In this document: positions 38,103 to 45,310 of the stretch, piece after piece
Layout of the letters: every line of letters starts with the position of its first letter
Position numbering within the stretch: position 1 is the first letter of the stretch
NCBI RefSeq assembly: GCF_006345805.1
Contig: NW_021832091.1
Location: 1 to 45,310 of the forward strand
DNA: 45,310 nucleotides
Source: Octopus sinensis
Lineage: Eukaryota
Reading direction: 5' to 3'
Translations under genes and position numbers: made by a program
Notes under the pieces: model-generated
The model's database searches: none
Seen by the model: the letters and a program-made list of their open reading frames with translations, nothing else
What the model was told of the DNA's origin: nothing

Positions 38103-38185
<83 letters not shown>
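37826..38185. repeat. (GATA)n/(GATG)n tetranucleotide array
   Basis: Direct reading; (TCTA)n/(GATA)n also at 9148-9228, 10705-10783 and 21245-21340. Confidence 0.97.
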
Positions 38186-38299
38186 CGCAGAGAATATCTA
38201 GAAGAAGAATTTACAAGATGATCATGGAAGGAACATCTTTGGCAGCAGGTCCGCTAGAACCTGACTAAGATGAGACAAAACAAAACCAACATGCAATAC

Positions 38300-38392
38300 C
38301 TTTTCTCGAATCGCATCTTCTGCATTTCGTGTTCCTCCAGAATCTTTTTGCGATTTTCGTCTGACATACTGTCTTGGATTTTTAACAACTCT
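38300..38392 (-). CDS. Coiled-coil protein, exon 4 (phase 2-2)
   Basis: ttggtttttcgtag|AGAG...AAAG|gtattg; 93 nt; ELLKIQDSMSDENRKKILEEHEMQKMRFEK(S). Confidence 0.88.
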
Positions 38393-38550
38393 CTACGAAA
38401 AACCAACAAAATAAAAGCAGAAATCTAATTAAGATAATTGCAAAATTAGTACAAATTTCCGTTCAGACATAAAAACAAAGTATGTAACTTTGTAATGTTA
38501 GAGTTGCTCATAAGACATGTTATAATGAAGGGAATATATGATGATGCTTA

Positions 38551-39157
38551 TACCTATTTTTTTTATTACCCACAAGGGGCTAGACAGAGAGAGGACAACC
38601 AAAGACAGACAAACAGACTAAGTCGATTATATCGACCTCAGTGCGTAACTGGTGCTTATTTAATCGACCCCGAAAGGATGAAAGGCAAAGTCGACCTCGG
38701 CGGAATTTGAACTCAAAACGTAGTGGCAGGCAAAATACCTATTCCTTTACTACCCACAAGGGGCTAAACATAGAAGGGACAAACAAAGATAGACATAGGT
38801 ATTAAGTCGATTAGATCGACCTCAGTGCGTAACTGGTACTTATTTAATCGATCCCGGAAGGATGAAAGGCAAATTCGACCTCGGCGGAATTTGAACCCGG
38901 AACGTGGTGGCTGGCGAAATACCTATTTCTTTACTACCCACAAGGGGCTAAACACAGAGGGGACAAACAAAGACAGACAAACGGATTAAGTCGATTATAT
39001 CGAACCCAGTGCATAACTGGTACTTATTTAATCGACCCCGAAAGGATGAAAGGCAAAGTCGACCTCGGCGGAATTTGAAGTCAGAACGTAGTGGCAAGCG
39101 AAATACCGCTAAGCATTTCGCCCGGCGTGCTAACGTCTCTGCCAGCTCGACGCCTTA
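38551..39157 (-). mobile_element. SINE family C with three tandem 184-185-bp body units
   Basis: Units start at 38551, 38736 and 38920; single head at 39104-39157; block atcgaccccgaaaggatgaaaggcaaagtcgacctcggcggaatttgaac. Confidence 0.9.
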
Positions 39158-39198
39158 TTGCAACGAAATATATATAGCAAGGCAATGTATATACGTAC

Positions 39199-39296
39199 TC
39201 AATGACTTCTATTCTGTTTTCATTCATCTTCTCTAGGCTTTCTTTCTCTTCTTCATTCTGTTCTAAAGATTCTTTTTGTTTCTGAGACAGTTTTTC
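39199..39296 (-). CDS. Coiled-coil protein, exon 3 (phase 0-2)
   Basis: tttctttcatcgcag|GAAA...TTGA|gtacgt; 98 nt; EKLSQKQKESLEQNEEEKESLEKMNENRIEVI(E). Confidence 0.88.
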
Positions 39297-40932
39297 CTGC
39301 GATGAAAGAAATGCAAACAGAAAAATTGTGGAAATTTCACTTTAGATCCTATAAAGATCATTTGATTAACAAGGTCTGGCATCAATGTATGAAACTCCAG
39401 GTCAAGTGTGGTTCACTCTGAACCCATATAGTTCCGAGGTCGACCCTAGTGCTAATCATTGGGCAGTTAAGGAGCAATCACTTGTAAGGAAATTTTGGTT
39501 GACGGAAATGCATTGAAGCTGTTAAGCATTATACATACATATATAAATATACACATATATACATACACACACAGATATACATATATTATATTATATTATA
39601 TATTTTATATATATATATATATATATCTATATATATATATATACATATATATATGTGTGTGTGTGTGTATTCTTTTACTTGTTCTAGTCATTTGACTGTG
39701 GTCATGCTGGAGCCTTTAGTCAATCAAATCGACTCCAGGACTTATTCGTTGTGAACCTAGTACTTATTCTATCGATTTCCTTTTGCCGAACCACTAAGTT
39801 CTAATTCTCCATGAATTTTATATTTTTAAAATTTCTGGATGCTGCTGTCTTATGAAGTTCCCTATATTGTTAAACGCATGAAACAGGAGTAATAAACACT
39901 CCGACAACTGATGAGGAATTATCTTCTTTTAGTATTTGGTCTTCACTTTTCTCTCGTGCTTACGTATTTTTCACTCGTTGGTGATGTCCTGTATACAATG
40001 TGTATTTTTCATTTTATACATATATATATCTATATATAATATATATATATATAATATATATATTATTAATATATATATATATAGTATATATATAAATCCA
40101 CATACTAGACTTCACATACACCTCAAAGAATAAGACACACCATTATAGCGTGTTTAACACATCACCATATGAATACATGCAGAATGGCAATTAACGTATG
40201 AGACGAAAAATTACATGTTTTATGAGGAGTAAAATGTCTTCAGTTGAAGAGAATTCTTTCGTAAAGGGACACATTTTCTGTAAAACAGAGTCCAGGCCTC
40301 ATGAAGATGAATCCATCCTCTTCAGAACCAAATTTCATTGCTTTTCTCAGCGTCAATAGAAACTAATCAATGATGCCTATCAAATGTACCGAGATAATCC
40401 AAATAAGATAGTTTGTGACCGAGCAGTATATACCACAGTTCAGGGTAATAAGATCAGCTAAAGGCCACGCGTTCAATCTCCACTAAAGGTAGCATTTCGA
40501 AACTAACAGGAGGATTTCTAGGTGTCATGATTTACGTGGACTCAACCTCCGTTGAGTGTCAGGGCCTTAGAAACCTAAACGTTTACTTGACGGCATTTCT
40601 ACGTCTGAATATTTCTCCTGCGGTCCGCTCGCCCCGTTGCAAGTTTTCATTTACTAGATAGAAACAATTAGGGTCACAAGAACCACAGAAAAGACTGGTT
40701 AGAAATGTTACGTGAACAAACATCACAACGTGCTGGTTTGTGTAGCCTTATGTACCCAATCTGACAGCAAAATTTCTTCATAGAAAATTCTAGATCTTAC
40801 AGTATTAAATGCTACATAAACATTGACATTAAAAGGCAAATAGTAACTTCCAAAGCAAGTGAAGGGTGTTGGCAGTTTTTTAATTAAATTTTATTTCCTT
40901 AGCTATTCTGCTCATGATATTTTGATTATTGA

Positions 40933-41365
40933 TGGCGGTGGGCTGACAGAAACGTTAGCACGCCAGGAGAAATACTTAGCGGTATTTCATCTGTTTTTAC
41001 GTTCTGAGTTCCGAGTTCAAATTCCGCCGAGGTCGACTTTGCTTTTCATCCTTTCGAGGTCGATAAATTAAGTACCAGTTACGCACTGGTGTCGATGTAA
41101 TCGACTTAATCCTTTTGTCTGTCCTTGTTTTGTCCCCTCTATGTTTAACCCCCTGTGTGCAATAAAGAAATAAGAAACGCTAGCAAGCCGGGAGAAATGT
41201 TTAGCGCTATTTCATATGTCTTTACGTTCTGAGTTCAAATTCCGCCGAGGGCGACTTTGCTTTTCCTCCTTTCGACGTCGATAAATTAAGTACCAGTTGC
41301 GTACTGGGGTCGATCTAATTGACTAGCACCCTCCCGAAAAATTTCCGGCCTTGTGCCTAGAGTAG
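40933..41365 (+). mobile_element. SINE family C tandem dimer. Other copies at about 13610-14030, 14100-14420, 14520-14640, 22810-23020, 23482-23815 and 45170-45310
   Basis: ggcgg..gctg.cagaa.cgttagcacgcc head, B-box-like gagttcaaattcc, same body as 38551-39157. Confidence 0.82.
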
Positions 41366-41937
41366 GAAAGAATATTTTGATTATTGAGATGAAAAAACGT
41401 CTTTGCAACTGTTTGTTTTCGAATTCAGTCTCACTGCGTGGTGCCTTGGGCAAGTATCTTCGTCTAAATACCTGGGCCGATTAATCTCTTGTGATAGATG
41501 AAAACTATGAGGAAGCGCGTCGTATGTATATATGTGTGTTCGTGTGGGGGATATGTGTGTATGTGTATGTCTCTACGCCAGTGTATTTTTCAATCTACGT
41601 CTATCGTATCATCACCACTGCTTAGCAACCGGTATTGGTTTGTTTATCTCTGTAACATAACGGTTCGGCAAAAGAAACCGGTAGGCTTAACAGAAAATTA
41701 AGCATTGGGATAGATTTGTTCCGCGAAAACCCTTCAAGGTGGTTCCCCAGAATAAAAGAACAATGTAACTTGTCCCCATAAATTGCATAACACCTCTTAC
41801 GTTTTCCCGCTTTTGTATAGAACAACTTGTTTATTCCACCCACATGGTTTCGTCAGGTTCATTTATAAGTTACATGATATCTTTTTTAAGAAATTGTATG
41901 TAATTACCCCCAGTAACTAAAAACAAAATAGAACGTT

Positions 41938-41970
41938 TTATTATTATTGTTATTGTTGTTGGTGTGATTA

Positions 41971-42049
<79 letters not shown>

Positions 42050-42064
42050 CAATATTATTATCAA

Positions 42065-42133
<69 letters not shown>

Positions 42134-42306
42134 TATCATTATTATTATCATTATCATTATCATTATCGCTATTATTATTATTATTATTATCATTATTCTT
42201 AGTATTATTATCATTATCATTATTATTATTATTAGTATTATTATCATTATTATTATTATCATTATCATTATCATAAACATTATCATCATTATTATCATTA
42301 TCATAA

Positions 42307-42337
<31 letters not shown>

Positions 42338-42456
42338 CATTATTATTAGTATTATTATCATTATCATTATTATTATTAGTGTTATTATCATTATTATTAT
42401 TATCATTATCATTATCATAAACATTATCATCATTATTATCATTAGCATTATTATTA

Positions 42457-42498
<42 letters not shown>
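41938..42498. repeat. (ATT)n/(ATC)n array with duplicated sub-blocks
   Basis: Direct reading; tcattatcataaacattatcatc occurs twice; abuts the exon 2 donor. Confidence 0.97.
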
Positions 42499-42506
42499 TA
42501 ACTTAC

Positions 42507-42613
42507 GTTTACTTTGATAGTGTATTCCTTTCTTTCTTCTTGTTGCTTTCTTTCCAGATTTTGTATGTCTTGTCTATAATTATAGATATAGCCATCCACA
42601 ACATCTTCACACT
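42507..42613 (-). CDS. Coiled-coil protein, exon 2 (phase 1-0)
   Basis: cctttgatgtttag|AGTG...AAAC|gtaagt; 107 nt; ECEDVVDGYIYNYRQDIQNLERKQQEERKEYTIKVN. Confidence 0.88.
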
Positions 42614-42943
42614 CTAAACATCAAAGGATACATAATATAAATATGTGCATGTGTGTGTATGTATATATATATATATATATATATATACATCTTTGTGTGT
42701 GGCGTGTGTGTATGTATGTGTGTGTGTCAAACTAGTCCACTTGTTTATTGTTCCCTAAGCTGTCTCTGCTGTTTTTTTTCTTTATTATACAATTTTCAGT
42801 CATATATATAAAATATATATATATATATATGTATGATATATACATATATTCTATATATATCCTTTAATATTGATCAAAATAAAAATTTGCATCCCCAGCC
42901 AAGAATTTCGGACTAAACACATGTCCTTGTGGAAGCTGTTGTG

Positions 42944-43024
42944 AGCGGCTGAAGAAGGCCACAGACATCATTATGATTTGTTATATGTATCTGTCTAATA
43001 AAGGCCCGAAACATATGTACCGCT
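42944..43024 (+). ncRNA. Minimal type I hammerhead ribozyme (well preserved)
   Basis: agcgg CTGAAGA a-ggcc-acaga...tctgt..ggcc-c GAAA catatg TA ccgct. 5-bp stem I, palindromic stem III, GUA site after 43019, A.C at base of stem II. Confidence 0.8.
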
Positions 43025-43243
43025 GAATCCTTCGCCTCATGTTTTTATTTTTATTTTTATTTTGATCAATTTATATCCTTATATGTATGCGTATATATAC
43101 GTATATTTATATATATATATATATACAAAATATATAGATATATATATATAATATATCTATATAGCATGAATATATACATATTATCTATATATATCCTTAT
43201 ATGTATGTGTATATATACATATATATATATGTATATATATATG

Positions 43244-43281
<38 letters not shown>

Positions 43282-43559
43282 TATATATATGCGAGAGGTG
43301 TGCGTGGGGTGATGTTTGTGGGCGTCTGTGTTGTGTAGGTGTGTGATTGTACATGTCCATGTTGCTTGTATGTATCAGAGTGTATATATATATATATGAA
43401 TCGGTGTAGATGTTTGATTGTGTGTTTGTGTCCTTTTGTGTGTATGCGTCGGTGTTTGTTTATGAACCAGTTTCTGAAATTATGTATGTTTATCTATGTA
43501 TGTACTTGCGTACGTACGAATGTTTATATATAAGTGTGTGACTGTGTCTCTGTTTTTTT

Positions 43560-43596
<37 letters not shown>

Positions 43597-43902
43597 TTGT
43601 ATCTAGGTGTATATATCTGTCTCGGTGTATAGGTCTGATTGTGTATTCATATCTCGGTGTGTATATCTCCCAGTTTTTTTGTTGTTGTTTTTTTTTTATA
43701 TATTTTGTGTAGTAGTGTCTTTAATTTTATCACTTTACAACGAATAGTTTAATAGATGTCAATGTAAGAGAAATGCTTCAGAAATAATTAGAAATTCAAT
43801 GAAAGATAATTAAGATGAAGATAAAAAGAGACAAAACAAGGAGAGAAGAAATGATAGAAGATGGGAAAATATAAACAAAAATATAGAATTAAAGACGACG
43901 AA

Positions 43903-43969
<67 letters not shown>

Positions 43970-44039
43970 TACATACATTCATATATACATATATGCATAC
44001 ATATATACATATATACATATATATGCATAGATAATATAA

Positions 44040-44520
44040 TGGAAGACTGTCGGGGTTCGATAATGATGTTAGTAACGCCGGAGGTGGGACGGGACCCCAA
44101 AGGCGGATGCGCAGAACGCGGCCACTATTGGGCACGCAACAGCAGATGTAGGTTGGGGATCCTCTCTCTTCGGGCTTGTCGCTTCTGGTCCAGGCTCTTG
44201 AGGCGCTTTTCCTCGAACAGCCTAACAACCTTTTGGACAGCTGGACGCCAGGCGCCGCGGTCAGAAGTAATTGATTCCCAGGCACGGGCTGAAATGTCGC
44301 AGGCCTCAGATTAAGTTTTCAGGCTGTCCTTCTATCGCCTCAGTGACCTTCCAGGGTTTCTTGCTCCAGAAGCCAGCTCAGAGAAGAAGATCATCTTTGG
44401 TAGACGCGCGTCGTCTACCAAAGATGACCCACCTGACATGTAGTAGACAACATGTCCGACTACCAATTTCATGAGAAGTCTCAACTGGTTATTTTTGAAG
44501 GCCTCTTTGAACAGGCAGGT
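44040..44520 (-). mobile_element. RTE-clade LINE 3' fragment (degenerate)
   Basis: Minus-strand translation [88 protein letters not shown], then a broken zinc-finger-like [18 protein letters not shown]. Typical of the RTE ORF end. Confidence 0.85.
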
Positions 44521-44880
44521 GTCTGTTTACATCGACTGAAACAATGCAATCATTAATCAGACATATAATTAATGCATGTAAAATTTCACACCTTAAGCAT
44601 CACTCCTTCATAGTCAGCCTATGAACTTTTCAGCCGATCCTCGTATTTCAAGTCAATGATGGAATCTTTATGTGGTTCCCCACAATGCTAGAAAGAACAG
44701 CGAATTATCTCTCAAGTCATATCCTATTTTGGGTAAGGGATAAATAACTTAGATAATATCTTCACACAAGCCTGGGTGGCTAAAGCAGGAATACCATCGA
44801 CTATAGTTCTGTCAGCTTCAGGTTTATATATTCAGTGGACAGAATATCAACAACACTAAACAAACAAACGGATAATTTAC

Positions 44881-45072
44881 CTGGCTTTTCCATTGACCTG
44901 ATCATATTTTCTAAGGCTTTCTCGAACTCTGCTATGCTTTCCTGTGATGTTTTCTCACGTAACTCATTCAATGCTTGAACGTGTTTCTCATCCAACGATA
45001 TTTCTGTTTTCATCAGTTCAATTCTCTGGTTGGATTTTGTCCTTTCCAGTTCGATCATTCTGGACAGTTCAT
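44881..45072 (-). CDS. Coiled-coil protein, exon 1 in window (phase 1-1)
   Basis: tctttcactcctgtccag|ATGAAC...CCAG|gtaaat; 192 nt; (D)ELSRMIELERTKSNQRIELMKTEISLDEKHVQALNELREKTSQESIAEFEKALENMIRSMEKP. Confidence 0.88.
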
Positions 45073-45310
45073 CTGGACAGGAGTGAAAGAGAGAGAAGAG
45101 AGGAGAGAGAAGAGAGAGGTGGGGAGAAAGAGAGAAAAAAGAGATAGAGAAGAAATGGTCAAGACAGGCAGGCAGGAGTGAATGCCGCTGAATCGTTAAC
45201 ACGGCCAACAAAATACTTTGAACATTTCGTCCGTCTTTAGTTTCTGAGTTCAAATGGTGCCGAGGATAACATTGCATTCAACTTTTCGAGGTCCATAAAA
45301 TAAAGTACCG

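Noticed and set aside
40215-40277. 63-nt in-frame candidate exon KMCPFTKEFSSTEDILLLIKH (minus strand)
   Set aside because: It has AG/GT ends but would interrupt the 26-residue repeat spanning exons 2-3; at most a minor cassette
44039-44474. GC-rich plus-strand ORFs of 91 and 67 aa
   Set aside because: Antisense shadow of the RTE LINE fragment

Overview
AT-rich eukaryotic genomic DNA dense in microsatellites; the SINE families look like those I recall from octopus genomes (not database-checked). Most of the window (6088-45072, minus strand) is the 3' part of a multi-exon gene. 14 GT-AG exons splice in consistent phase into about 595 aa of an uncharacterised coiled-coil protein with an internal helical repeat; the gene start lies beyond the right edge. 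At the left edge is the probable last exon of a convergent plus-strand membrane transporter gene (SLC29/ENT-like). The introns hold a decayed Penelope-like retroelement (RT + GIY-YIG), an RTE LINE 3' fragment, mariner remnants, three tRNA-derived SINE families and about ten long inverted repeats. The main hidden signal is about 17 loci with the minimal type I hammerhead ribozyme fold (stem I - YUGANRA - stem II - GAAA - short, mostly palindromic stem III - UH - stem I). They belong to several unrelated repeat families. They show C3-G8, U3-A8 and G3-C8 covariation and often an extra nucleotide after A9. One sits at the 3' end of the Penelope copy, and six sit next to the symmetry axis of long palindromes, reading outward. 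All folds were read by eye and no cleavage activity is demonstrated. Nearly all ORFs in the supplied track are microsatellite artefacts.
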